Of a stretch of 64,000 nucleotides of DNA, positions 1 through 11,415 are shown piece by piece. The notes under the pieces were generated by a model. That model had not been told where the DNA came from and did no database searches. It saw only the letters and a program-made list of their open reading frames with translations. The DNA is from Myxococcales bacterium. GTDB taxonomy: Bacteria > Myxococcota_A > Polyangia > Polyangiales > DASUME01. How positions within the stretch are numbered: position 1 is the stretch's first letter; each line of letters begins with the position of its first letter. Location: the NCBI GenBank assembly GCA_047601445.1, contig JASGJH010000001.1, positions 6,400,001 to 6,464,000 on the forward strand, read 5' to 3'. Position numbers and translations under genes: made by a program.

Positions 1-321
1 AGCGGCGCACGTACCGAGAGCGATCTCGCGGAAGCGTTGGCGCTAATCCGCAACGAGGTTTTGCCTTGCGACTACCCAGTCGCCAACGTGGCGGATCCCA
101 CCAGTTTGAACGTCGAGCGATCGCGTAGCGGTCAGGCGCAAACGCTGGTCAATGTTCCGAAGCTCGAGTCGTGCAGCGAAGCGAACAGCAACGGCTGGTA
201 CTACGACGACCCCAACGCTCCGAGCCGCGTCGTGCTGTGCCCTGACACGTGTGCAGACGTGGGCAGCGACGCGCTCGCCACCATCCGCATCGTGGAGGGC
301 TGCGCGATCGTCGTGCTCTAG
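1..321 (+). CDS. C-terminal fragment of a myxobacterial vWA-domain surface protein (5' end outside window)
   Basis: Frame open from base 1. Tail GWYYDDPNAPSRVVLCPDTC...IVEGC resembles C-termini of myxobacterial vWA lipoproteins; the vWA domain itself is not visible. Confidence 0.6.
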   Translation, partial: SGARTESDLAEALALIRNEVLPCDYPVANVADPTSLNVERSRSGQAQTLVNVPKLESCSEANSNGWYYDDPNAPSRVVLCPDTCADVGSDALATIRIVEGCAIVVL

Positions 322-381
322 CGTGCGATGCCAGCACCAGCCATGGCGGCTTCGGCTTGGTCGCTCGAGGGCGGTTCTAGC

Positions 382-2664
382 TCAGCCCTTGCGCAGGTCC
401 TCGACCACCCAGTTGACGTGGCGGCCGGGCACCGGGCCCCGGGCGTGAGCCTTGAGGCACTCGGACTCCAACACGCGCACGTGATCGGTCAGGTTGGTCT
501 CGAAGCGCGTGCCCTTGATGACCTTGCCCGTGGGCATCACCTGGCGGCCTTCGATGCGCATGCGCTTGAGCACCTCGATGGAGGCCACGCGCAACAGCTC
601 GTAGCGATGCTCGGCGTGCTCGCTGTCGGTGGCCACCGACACGATGAGCTTGCCGAAGGTGGGGTCCTTGTTGACCAGCTTGTCACCGGCCTCGAAGCCC
701 GCGTCGAAGCGCACGTCGAGCTCGGCGATGCCGCCATGTCCCTGCGTCTCCAGGGCGCTGACCACCTCGGCCGTGCTCGGCATGTCGATCACGTCGAACA
801 CGCCGGCGTTGGGCAAGAACAGCCCAAGCTTGCCGTCGCGCGAGTCTTTGATGTTGGCCTTCCAGGACTCGGCGTTGATGCGGAACTCGCGCGCCACGTG
901 CGTGTTCACCACGTCGTCCTGGGAGAACGGAATGGGCTTGCCGTTGGCGATGGCGATCTGCAGCTGCACCAGGTTCAAAGGCGTGAGCCCACCCTGCGCG
1001 AGGATGCGGTGGGCGGCTTCGGTGACGGGGTGCTCCACCTGGATGCGCGTGTTCATCTCGAGCAAATAGAAGTGCCCATTCTTGAACATCAGCTCGACGG
1101 TGCAGGCGCCCACGTAGCCCACCTCGTCGGCGATGCGCACGGCGAGCTCGCAGATGCGCGTCGCGAGACCCGGGAACGAGCGCATCAGGGCGGGCGGCGC
1201 CTCTTCCTGGATCTTCTGGCTCGCGCGCTGCTCGGTGCAGTCACGCATGCCGAAGTGGCGCGTGTTGCCGTAGCGATCGCGCACGACCTGGACTTCGAGA
1301 TGGACCGTCTCCGGGATGTTCTGCTCGAACATCACGCCGCGATCCCAGCCGTTGGCCGCGATCTCGCCGAGCACCTTCTGCACGGCCTGCGTCACGCCCT
1401 CGGGCGCGGGGATCACCATCTGACCGCGTCCGCCGCCGCCGTTGGCGGCCTTGAGGCGACCGGGATAGCTGAAGCGCTGCTCGGCGTAGCCCTGCTCGAT
1501 GGCCTGGATGATCGCCTCGGGATTGTCGTCGTCGATGACGATGCCCGGCACCACGGCCTGGGGATCGATGGACTGCGCCAACAAGCGGAACTTGCGCTTG
1601 TCGCCCGCGCGCTCGACCACGTCTTGCATGGGGCCCACGAACACGATGCCGGCACGCCGGAAGTGCTCGATCGCCGCGGTGTTTTCGGCCAGCGGACCAT
1701 AGCCGGGGTAGAGCGCGGACTGCGACAGGGCGCGCTCGGCTTCGCTACCGAAGCGCGCGGAGTAGGAAGACAGCACGCGCTCGGCGATTTGCACGGCGTT
1801 GCCGTAGCTCTCGCGGAAGGTGCCCTCGAGCGGGATGGAGAAGCCCTTGTACTGGCTGGCGAGGCGCACCTGGAGGGAGGTGGCGTCGTCGCGCTCGCTG
1901 TAGAGCACCACTGGCGTGAGACCCAGGGCGGCCGCTTCGCGTACCGCGCGCACGCCCATCTCGCCCTTGTCGGCGACGATGAGGTACTTGAGTCCGCCTT
2001 CGCCCACGGTGGTGGCGGGGAAACGCTTGAGATCGTGGGCGGCGAGGTAGATCAGGTCGGCCACGCGCGGGGCGTTGGCAGCGAGCGCGGGGGCCTCGGC
2101 CTTGAGGCGGGCCGCGAGCAGCTTGCCCAGCGCGGGATGGCGCTCGAGGGCGGGCAGGATCTGCAGCCGTTCGCCGTCAAGCAGGCCTTCCGTGGCTTCG
2201 CGCTCGAGCTTACCGGCCAGCTCCACCAGACTCGTCTCGCTCAGCAAGCGCGTCAGCTCGGCCTCGGAGGGCAGGGCTTCGCGGCTCGCTTCGACCTTGC
2301 TTTGCAGCGCGCGGATGCGGGCCGGACCCTCGGCGAGGAGCTTGGTGAGCGGACCCTCCCAGCCGAAATGGCGCAGCCAGGTGGTGCCGTTGTGCAGGAA
2401 GTACCGCAAGGCCACCAAGCGCTGTCCCAGGGCTCCCAGGCAGAGCGAGCGCAGCTCGCTGAGCGTGGGCTGCGTGATACTCGGGCTCGGACCCGCGGCC
2501 AGGACGGCGAGCACTTCGTTGCAGCCCACGTAGTGGTGGCCGGGCGCGACGAGCTCCCGCATGGCCAGGGTAATCGCGGGGTCGATGGCTTGACGATAAG
2601 AGCGGTTATTGGTCACGGCGGGCCACTCTAGCCCACACCCTTGGCAGGTGCAGGCCCGGTCCAA
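382..2664 (-). CDS. Biotin carboxylase (ATP-grasp) domain protein with a ~200-aa N-terminal extension; true start probably ~2560-2616
   Basis: Motifs ADKGEMGVR, PGYGPLAEN, KAANGGGGRG, RDCTEQRASQK, LEMNTRIQVEHPVTE, EFRINAE. No biotinyl (MKM) domain. Confidence 0.85.
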   Translation of the reverse strand: MDRACTCQGCGLEWPAVTNNRSYRQAIDPAITLAMRELVAPGHHYVGCNEVLAVLAAGPSPSITQPTLSELRSLCLGALGQRLVALRYFLHNGTTWLRHFGWEGPLTKLLAEGPARIRALQSKVEASREALPSEAELTRLLSETSLVELAGKLEREATEGLLDGERLQILPALERHPALGKLLAARLKAEAPALAANAPRVADLIYLAAHDLKRFPATTVGEGGLKYLIVADKGEMGVRAVREAAALGLTPVVLYSERDDATSLQVRLASQYKGFSIPLEGTFRESYGNAVQIAERVLSSYSARFGSEAERALSQSALYPGYGPLAENTAAIEHFRRAGIVFVGPMQDVVERAGDKRKFRLLAQSIDPQAVVPGIVIDDDNPEAIIQAIEQGYAEQRFSYPGRLKAANGGGGRGQMVIPAPEGVTQAVQKVLGEIAANGWDRGVMFEQNIPETVHLEVQVVRDRYGNTRHFGMRDCTEQRASQKIQEEAPPALMRSFPGLATRICELAVRIADEVGYVGACTVELMFKNGHFYLLEMNTRIQVEHPVTEAAHRILAQGGLTPLNLVQLQIAIANGKPIPFSQDDVVNTHVAREFRINAESWKANIKDSRDGKLGLFLPNAGVFDVIDMPSTAEVVSALETQGHGGIAELDVRFDAGFEAGDKLVNKDPTFGKLIVSVATDSEHAEHRYELLRVASIEVLKRMRIEGRQVMPTGKVIKGTRFETNLTDHVRVLESECLKAHARGPVPGRHVNWVVEDLRKG

Positions 2665-2717
2665 GGCTTAAAACAAAGGCCGTTGGCTCGCTCACCGCTG
2701 GATTCTACGCAGGCCGC

Positions 2718-3611
2718 TCAACGGAAGTAATTGCGCGGATCCTGGTAGCCCGGCACCTGGAAGCTCATGTTGCTCGGGTCACGAAAACCGGGGATCGGCG
2801 AGGGCGCGGGGCCTGGGCCGGGCGGCGGCATGGGGTTGGGCAGGTGCCGGTCGTGGGCTGCGCGGGCACCGGCGGGGTACGGGTAGAACCCAGAGCCGTA
2901 GCCGTAGTAGGGACCGTAATAGGCCGCCAGACCGTCATGGTTGTAAGAGCTGCTCTTGCTGGCGGCGCGGTCCTCGCGCTCGCGCTCGAGGTAGGCCTGC
3001 TGGGAGCGCTTGCTGGCGAGCTCGGCGCGCTTGGCGTCGAGGTCCACCTGGGCCTGCTCTCGCTGGAGTTGTGCGATGCGGGTCTCGGCCTCCAGGCGCT
3101 GCACCGCCAGGTACTGCTCCTGCGTGAGCCAGCGGCCCTCGTGCTTGATCAGGCCCTGGGCGCGCATCTGCTCGTCGCGCGTGACCCAGCCCGCCTCGGT
3201 GCGCACGTAGCCCAGGCGCGCGCGGGCCTCCGTGTTGTCCGGGGCCAGCGCGATCACGCGCCGCAGCATGTCTTCCTCGCGGGCCTTCATATTGCGGTCG
3301 CGGCAGTAGTCGGCCAAAAGCAGCAGTCCCTGCACGTCGGTGGGAGCCAGCGCCTTGAGCCGCGCCTCCACGTACTCCACCTCGCTCTGCGCCTTCTCGA
3401 TGCGCTGCACCGAGCCCGCGCTCACCGTGATGTAGCCCGCCTCCATTTCGACGATGACCTTCTCGCCGACCCGGGTGGCTTTGCCTTCGATCATGGAGCC
3501 GCTGCTGAGGAAGACGCGGTCTGCTCTCACTTGCGCGGGCGTGCCGAGCACGCCGAGCGAGGCCGCTCCTGCCATGGCCGCTGCGATCAAGACGGTACGC
3601 AATCCTCGCAC
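2718..3611 (-). CDS. Secreted hypothetical protein with TPR-like helices, coiled coil and Tyr/Pro-rich tail
   Basis: Signal-peptide-like N-terminus ending ...AQVRA; repeated ARLGYVRTEAGWVT / AQGLIKHEGRWLT segments. Start uncertain. Confidence 0.65.
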   Translation of the reverse strand: MRGLRTVLIAAAMAGAASLGVLGTPAQVRADRVFLSSGSMIEGKATRVGEKVIVEMEAGYITVSAGSVQRIEKAQSEVEYVEARLKALAPTDVQGLLLLADYCRDRNMKAREEDMLRRVIALAPDNTEARARLGYVRTEAGWVTRDEQMRAQGLIKHEGRWLTQEQYLAVQRLEAETRIAQLQREQAQVDLDAKRAELASKRSQQAYLEREREDRAASKSSSYNHDGLAAYYGPYYGYGSGFYPYPAGARAAHDRHLPNPMPPPGPGPAPSPIPGFRDPSNMSFQVPGYQDPRNYFR

Positions 3612-3949
3612 GATGCCACTACTCCTGCTCCTCGAAGCTGACACGAACAGGCGTTTGATGTCGAGCGCGCTTGGGCCGCGATCGAACGCACGCATCGGTG
3701 AGAAAGCTCGATTGCTTCCCGGAAGGCAGCTCGAAAATAATCGTCAGGAGGGCTGGAAAGCCCGTGATTCGTGGGACTTCGTGAGCGGAGCAACCCTCGC
3801 GGTCGGGGTGAAACACAGGTGCGATGCCTGGGAGTGAGCCCTGTGGCGAGCGCGTACCAGCGCGTCATTCTTGCGCCCGACAGCGCGAGCTTTTGCCTGT
3901 GAACTCGGGGGTATGGAATGGAGCTCGCGGGCAGCTGCGTTGCTCGTGG

Positions 3950-4465
3950 ATGCGATCTCACTTCTCGTTTTGGGCGCTGGTCGTGGCGTTGTGTGCGGCG
4001 AGTGTGTTCGCGCCGCAGGCCGCGCGGGCAGACATCGACCTCGAGTTCACCGCCCTGGTCGGAAGCGGCGTGGATACTGGCAACGCGTCCAACAATCCGT
4101 ACGCGCTGCAGCTCGGCGGCGCCGCCGAGCTCATCATTTCGGGCTGGGTATTCGGGGTGCGCGCCACGCGCTCCTTCGGCACCAACTCGGGTGGCTCGGA
4201 CCACGTGAACGACCTCAGGAGTATCGGCGGAGATCTGGGCTACGAGTGGGAGCTCTGGCTGTTGCATATCGGTCCCCGACTCGGGGTGGGGCAGGTGAGT
4301 GAGCACAACGGTGACCTGAAGGCGCCCTACCTCGATCCGGGCCTGGTCGCCGAGATCGAGGTCGGCTGGTTCGTGGTTGGTGCCGATGCACGCTATCGCG
4401 TGGCGATCAAGGACACCGTCGCCAATGGCTTCCTCGTGTACGGCAAGATCGGCCTGCGGTTCTGA
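3950..4465 (+). CDS. Probable small outer-membrane beta-barrel protein
   Basis: Signal peptide (…QAARA), amphipathic strands, terminal IGLRF with C-terminal Phe. Confidence 0.7.
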   Translation: MRSHFSFWALVVALCAASVFAPQAARADIDLEFTALVGSGVDTGNASNNPYALQLGGAAELIISGWVFGVRATRSFGTNSGGSDHVNDLRSIGGDLGYEWELWLLHIGPRLGVGQVSEHNGDLKAPYLDPGLVAEIEVGWFVVGADARYRVAIKDTVANGFLVYGKIGLRF

Positions 4466-4514
4466 GAGAGACATGGGGTACGGGCACGTTGGGGGAGCGT
4501 GGCCTTCGAGTCCT

Positions 4515-6008
4515 CTAGCGCTCCGATGGCGAGACCCACTTGGCGTACTCCCCCGCTGGCAGGCTCGCTCCCACTTCGGCCTGATTCAACAGCGCGAGTT
4601 CCTCCGGCTTCATGCCTCGGTGTTCCTGCGCGAGGTCGCGAATCGACGTGGCGCTCGCCAGCTTCTCCACCTGCAGGCGGTTGGGGCCGACCTCCAGGAT
4701 CGACTCGTCAGTCACCGGGGCGAAGCTTGCGAACGAGTGCAGGAAGGTGTCCTGGTACTGCGCGAAGCGCGAGGCGTCCGAGAGTCCGAGCATCATGAAG
4801 GTGTGCCCCTGCTGCTCCACGAAGAAGGCGATGCCCCCGATCTGTCCCGCCTCGGTGGTGGCCTCGAAGCTGGCTGCCGAGCCCTTGCCCACACGCTTGG
4901 GTCCGTCGCGCCGCGTGACACCCGACTCCTTCAGAAAGGACTCGACCGCCTGTTCCGCGGGCATCGCCGGCCCCATGCGCAGTTCGAACGCCGCGTCTCC
5001 TTCCGGGCTCGCCGCGATCACGGCTTGCTTGGTGTTCTCCGCCTTGAAGCCGCTCGGCATGTCTACGCTAAAGGCGAGCCCCGGGTGATAGAAGCGCCCG
5101 TCGCGGAAGAAACCCTCGCGCGGGTTGGGTCCGTACACCATGCCATCGATGGCCTTCATGTAAGGATCCTGGCCCTTCTCCATGGCGTCGAAGTTCTGCC
5201 CCTGCATGCTCGCGATCTTCTTCTCGCCGCGGCGCACGCGCTCCTCGGGCTGCGGATGGCTCTGCAACCAGCCCGGCACCTTGCTGCCCCCGGCTGCCTC
5301 GCTCACGCGGCCCAGCGTCTCGAACACCTTGGGCATCTCGCGTGGGTCGTAGCCGGCACGCACCATGTAGCGAATGCCGAGGTCGTCCGACTGGCGCTCG
5401 TCGTCGCGCCCGAACTTGAGGAACAAGAGCTGCAAGCCTTGCGCGCCGAGGCCGCCGAGCTGCGCCACGCTGCTCGATAGGGCGGCCCCCAGGCCCAGTC
5501 CCATGTTGGCGAGCTGGCTCTTGCTCATCTGGTTCACCGAGTGTTGGGCCGTGACGTGACCGATCTCGTGTCCGAGCACGCTCGCGAGCTGCGCCTCGTT
5601 CTCCATGTGAGCCAACAGGCCGCGCGTGATGAAGATGGGACCTCCCGGCAGCGCGAAGGCGTTCACGCCTGGATCGTCCACTACCTGGAATGACCACGGC
5701 AGATCCTTGCGCTCCGACACCGCCGCCAGCTTTTGGCCCACGCGGTTCACGTAGGCGTTGAGTGCGGCCGCGTCGTAGACACCGATGGACTGCTGGACCT
5801 CCTGAGCGCCCTGTTGTCCGATCGCGATCTCGTCTTTCTTGCTCACGAAGTTGAGCTGGCGCTTGCCCGTGGCTGGGTTGACCACGCAGGCCGCGAGCAG
5901 GAGCATCAGGGCGCAGGTGAGGAGGTGCTCGATGCAAGCCCGAGGGCCCTCGACCCGGCGCGGGTTGGCACGGGCGGACCGGTGCCGGCGCTTGGCAAAG
6001 CTGTCCAC
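4515..6008 (-). CDS. M48 family Zn metalloprotease lipoprotein
   Basis: Lipobox LAAC followed by VVNPATG; NAFALPGG, HEIGH, ERQSD, SHP motifs. Start likely downstream of 6008. Confidence 0.9.
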   Translation of the reverse strand: MDSFAKRRHRSARANPRRVEGPRACIEHLLTCALMLLLAACVVNPATGKRQLNFVSKKDEIAIGQQGAQEVQQSIGVYDAAALNAYVNRVGQKLAAVSERKDLPWSFQVVDDPGVNAFALPGGPIFITRGLLAHMENEAQLASVLGHEIGHVTAQHSVNQMSKSQLANMGLGLGAALSSSVAQLGGLGAQGLQLLFLKFGRDDERQSDDLGIRYMVRAGYDPREMPKVFETLGRVSEAAGGSKVPGWLQSHPQPEERVRRGEKKIASMQGQNFDAMEKGQDPYMKAIDGMVYGPNPREGFFRDGRFYHPGLAFSVDMPSGFKAENTKQAVIAASPEGDAAFELRMGPAMPAEQAVESFLKESGVTRRDGPKRVGKGSAASFEATTEAGQIGGIAFFVEQQGHTFMMLGLSDASRFAQYQDTFLHSFASFAPVTDESILEVGPNRLQVEKLASATSIRDLAQEHRGMKPEELALLNQAEVGASLPAGEYAKWVSPSER

Positions 6009-6135
6009 GATAGCTCCCCTTGGTGACAGACCGATCAGAGGTAGGCACGCCGCTGCGAGCAGGCAGCGGGGCGCGCAAACGCAGCGTTCACGCGTGCGAA
6101 AATGCTCGGAAACGTCGCGACGCTACGTGAAGACG

Positions 6136-8673
<2,538 letters not shown>

Positions 8674-8711
8674 GGGGAGAGGGAGAGGGGGAGAGGGAGC
8701 GACCAGGTTTT

Positions 8712-8866
8712 GCGTCGCCATCGCCGTCAAGGTCAAGGGTAGCGTCAACGTCAACGTCCGTTGACAGCGCCAGCGGTTGACAGCGCTAGCGGTTGACAGC
8801 GCTAGCGGTTGACAGCGCCAGCGGTTGACAGCGTCAGCGGTTGACGGCGACGGCGACGGCGACGAT
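8712..8866. repeat. REP-like composite repeat element, copy A (continues after the IS at 10147-10168)
   Basis: Five tandem 16-mers TTGACAGCGnnAGCGG at 8761-8840. Arms 8712-8730 and 8841-8859 are inverted (17/19). GTCAAC and GGCGAC hexamer runs. Confidence 0.85.
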
Positions 8867-8905
8867 TGAAGTTCCCCCGGTTCCGTTGACACGCAGGAGA
8901 GACCC

Positions 8906-9244
8906 ATGCGTGTTCAGAAGCAGCAGCGCTACACAGATGAGTTCAAGGCAGAGACGATCGCGCTGATGAAGCGAGACGACCGGACTTTCGCGCAATTGGC
9001 CGCGGATTTGGGGATAAACAAGTGGACCCTGCGGGAGTGGTACAACAGGGACCAGATGGCCAAGAAGAGCAAGCGAAAGCCGGGAGCACCTGTAGCTCCG
9101 GCTCCCTCTCAGGAGACGGCAGAGGAGAAGGCTGCGCGGCTGGAGCGTGAGAACGAGCGGCTGCGCAAGAAGGTCGAAACCCTCGAGATGGACCGCGAAA
9201 TCCTAAAAAAAGCGGCAGCCTTCTTCGCGAAGGAAAGCGAATGA
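8906..9244 (+). CDS. IS3 transposase OrfA (HTH + leucine zipper)
   Basis: RYTDEFKAETI...LERENERLRKKVETLEMDREILKKAAAFFAKE; SD-like AGGAGA upstream. Confidence 0.95.
   Translation: MRVQKQQRYTDEFKAETIALMKRDDRTFAQLAADLGINKWTLREWYNRDQMAKKSKRKPGAPVAPAPSQETAEEKAARLERENERLRKKVETLEMDREILKKAAAFFAKESE
9205..9212 (+). other. -1 programmed frameshift site (A7G) producing OrfAB
   Basis: AAAAAAAG in the LKK codons at the end of orfA, the canonical IS3-family slippery motif. Confidence 0.85.
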
Positions 9245-10116
9245 GGTTCGCCTTCATCCACGCGGAGAAGGCGAACTTCCCGGTGTCAGCGCTGTGCCGG
9301 AACCTGCAGGTGACCCGGCAGGGGTACTACGCGTTCGCGAGTCGCCCGCCGAGTCCCCGTGCGGACCAGGACCGGGCCCTCTTGGAACGGGTCGGCCAGG
9401 TGCACGCGGAGAGCCGCAACGCCTACGGAAGTCCGCGAGTTCGAAAGGAACTCCGACGTCGTGGCATTCGGGTCGGCAAACGCCGGGTGGAGCGCGCCAT
9501 GCGGAGCTTGGGGCTCTGCGCCCGGCCTCGTCGCCGGTTCCGTGTGACCACCGCTGCAAATCCGCGGCATCCAGTCGAGCCTAACGTGCTCAACCGCGAG
9601 TTCCGCGCCGAACGTCCCAATCAGCGCTGGGTGACGGACATCTCGTACGTCTGGACCGACGAGGGCTGGTGCTACCTCGCTGTCATCATCGACCTGTTTT
9701 CCAGGACCGTCGTGGGCTGGGCGCTGGACGCCATGCTCTCGACCCAGCTGCCCCTCGCAGCGCTGGACATGGCGCTTCGGCGCCGTCGTCCCGACGCAGC
9801 AGGCCTGCTCCACCATTCTGACCGGGGCTGCCAGTACACGAGTCAGGAATACCGCTCTGAGCTCGCCCAGCGTGGGCTCTCGGTCAGCATGAGCCGCAAA
9901 GGCAACTGCTGGGATAACGCGGTCGCCGAGAGCTTCTTTTCAACCATCAAGGCCGAGCTAATTCATGGTCGACGTTGGGCCGGGCGCCTTGAGCTTCGGT
10001 CGGCGGTCTTCGAGTACATCGAGGTCTTCTACAATCGGCGGAGGCTTCATTCGTCACTGGGGTATCGAACCCCAGCCGAGTTCGAGAAGGACTACACTGC
10101 GGCTCAGGCCGCCTAA
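9241..10116 (+). CDS. IS3 transposase OrfB (DDE integrase core)
   Basis: YGSPR, WVTDISY, HHSDRGCQY, GNCWDNAVAESFF, YNRRRLHSSLGY. Confidence 0.96.
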   Translation: MRFAFIHAEKANFPVSALCRNLQVTRQGYYAFASRPPSPRADQDRALLERVGQVHAESRNAYGSPRVRKELRRRGIRVGKRRVERAMRSLGLCARPRRRFRVTTAANPRHPVEPNVLNREFRAERPNQRWVTDISYVWTDEGWCYLAVIIDLFSRTVVGWALDAMLSTQLPLAALDMALRRRRPDAAGLLHHSDRGCQYTSQEYRSELAQRGLSVSMSRKGNCWDNAVAESFFSTIKAELIHGRRWAGRLELRSAVFEYIEVFYNRRRLHSSLGYRTPAEFEKDYTAAQAA

Positions 10117-10172
10117 GCAGGTGTCAACGGATTCGAGGGAAGCTCACGATCCCTCCCCCTCTCCCCCAATCC

Positions 10173-11381
10173 CTACCCCCCTCCCACCACCCCCCCGCCT
10201 GTACACATCTCCGCCAACCACTCCGTCACCGCGCCCAACATCCCCAATCTCGCCCCCGCTCGTCCGAGGCCCTGTGCTTCATGCTCGAGCTCTCGCTCTC
10301 GCATGACGTCTTCCAGGCTGCCCGGACGCTTCTTCTGCACGTCGCCCACCACTTTGCGCACGTCGATGCGGCGTTCGCCCAGGTCGAGGCCTGCGTCTTC
10401 GGCGAGGCTCACGCCGTAGGGACCCCAGTGACAGATGACGTCGTCAGGGCGCATGAAGCACTGCCAGGCATCCCGCAATTGCTCGAGGCTCTGGCCGTCC
10501 TTCACCGCAGCTTCGTCGAGCTTGGCGTGCACCACCGGCGAGCGGGACAAAGGTAACCGTGGCGCCAGCACGACTTCGAGGCGGCTGCCGTCGTGGGGAC
10601 GCACGGCGACCCAATGAATGAGCTCGTGGGGATACAGCGGACGCCCGAGCACGCGATCGTGGGGCCATGCGTTGGACTCGGCCGACACACAGAGCAGGCT
10701 CTCTTCGCGCAACAGCGGCGGCAAGCGCGACGGCGTGTCGGCGCGCTGGCAGCGGTGGACGCGACGGCGTGCGCCACTGGAGCGCGCGGCATAGCCGAGC
10801 TGCATGTCCACCATGGCGCGGAAGGGCACGAGCAGCGACTGAAAGCGGGTAGGGTCGCGTTCCAGGGCACCGAGTGCGAGCGCCATGGCTTCGATGGTGG
10901 ACACGTAGTCCTCCCGCGGTTCGCGCCGAATGCGGTACTCGCTCGGGCGCGTGGGACGGAAGCCATAGCGTGGCATGTCGAGCAGGTCGCGGTTCTTGCG
11001 CAGGAGCGCTCGGGCCTGGTGCCAGGTGCCGTCGATCACCACCAAGGTCACGCGCTCGTTGGGGGGAGCCTGGTCGAGGTCGTGGGCGTCATCGCTCGGG
11101 AACAGCAGGATGGGAGGCGCGTCCGCATCGTGCAGCATGCGCGTGACCGTGCTGTCCCGGGAGAAGTCCACGCCCACGGCCACATGGGAATGGGGCAGGC
11201 ACAGGCTCGCCATGTGGGCAGTGCCCACGGCCTTGTCGCGCTCACGCGGGTGCTGCAGCACGAGCACGCGGTTGTGCGTCTCGAGCGTGGGCAAGTGAGC
11301 GCAGTAGCAGACCACGGCGGGACGCCTGCAACGTGAGCACTCGTTTCTCGGCTCGAACGACACCGCGCCCGCTCTTAGCAT
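10173..11381 (-). CDS. DTW-domain protein (tRNA-uridine aminocarboxypropyltransferase-like) with a C-terminal DnaQ-like domain
   Basis: CSRCRRPAVVCYC, LQHPRE, VIDGTW, STIEA motifs; extra ~170-aa C-terminus. Start approximate. Confidence 0.85.
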   Translation of the reverse strand: MLRAGAVSFEPRNECSRCRRPAVVCYCAHLPTLETHNRVLVLQHPRERDKAVGTAHMASLCLPHSHVAVGVDFSRDSTVTRMLHDADAPPILLFPSDDAHDLDQAPPNERVTLVVIDGTWHQARALLRKNRDLLDMPRYGFRPTRPSEYRIRREPREDYVSTIEAMALALGALERDPTRFQSLLVPFRAMVDMQLGYAARSSGARRRVHRCQRADTPSRLPPLLREESLLCVSAESNAWPHDRVLGRPLYPHELIHWVAVRPHDGSRLEVVLAPRLPLSRSPVVHAKLDEAAVKDGQSLEQLRDAWQCFMRPDDVICHWGPYGVSLAEDAGLDLGERRIDVRKVVGDVQKKRPGSLEDVMRERELEHEAQGLGRAGARLGMLGAVTEWLAEMCTGGGVVGGG

Positions 11382-11415
11382 GGGCGAGCTAGGATGGAAT
11401 GGAAGGAGTCGCATC

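Larger units (their letters stand above)
8867..10146 (+). mobile_element. IS3-family insertion sequence, 1280 bp, apparently intact
   Basis: IRL TGAAGTTCCCCCGGTTCCGTTGACAC (8867-8892) vs IRR 10121-10146, 21/26 match, TG...CA ends. 4-bp duplication CGAT at 8863-8866 and 10147-10150. orfA/orfB layout. Confidence 0.96.

Noticed and set aside
328..2631. 767-aa plus-strand ORF and other long antisense ORFs (6409-8439, 16680-18641, 34641-37085, 46783-48942, 56761-58908)
   Set aside because: Shadows of real genes on the opposite strand, expected with high GC3; no motifs of their own.
5839..6135. N-terminal extension of glgP in the ORF track
   Set aside because: It overlaps the divergent M48 gene and has non-coding-like composition; phosphorylase-like sequence starts after ~6136.
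8761..8840. CRISPR array (also considered for 49121-49270)
   Set aside because: Units are directly abutting 16- or 28-mers with no unique spacers, and there are no cas genes in the window.
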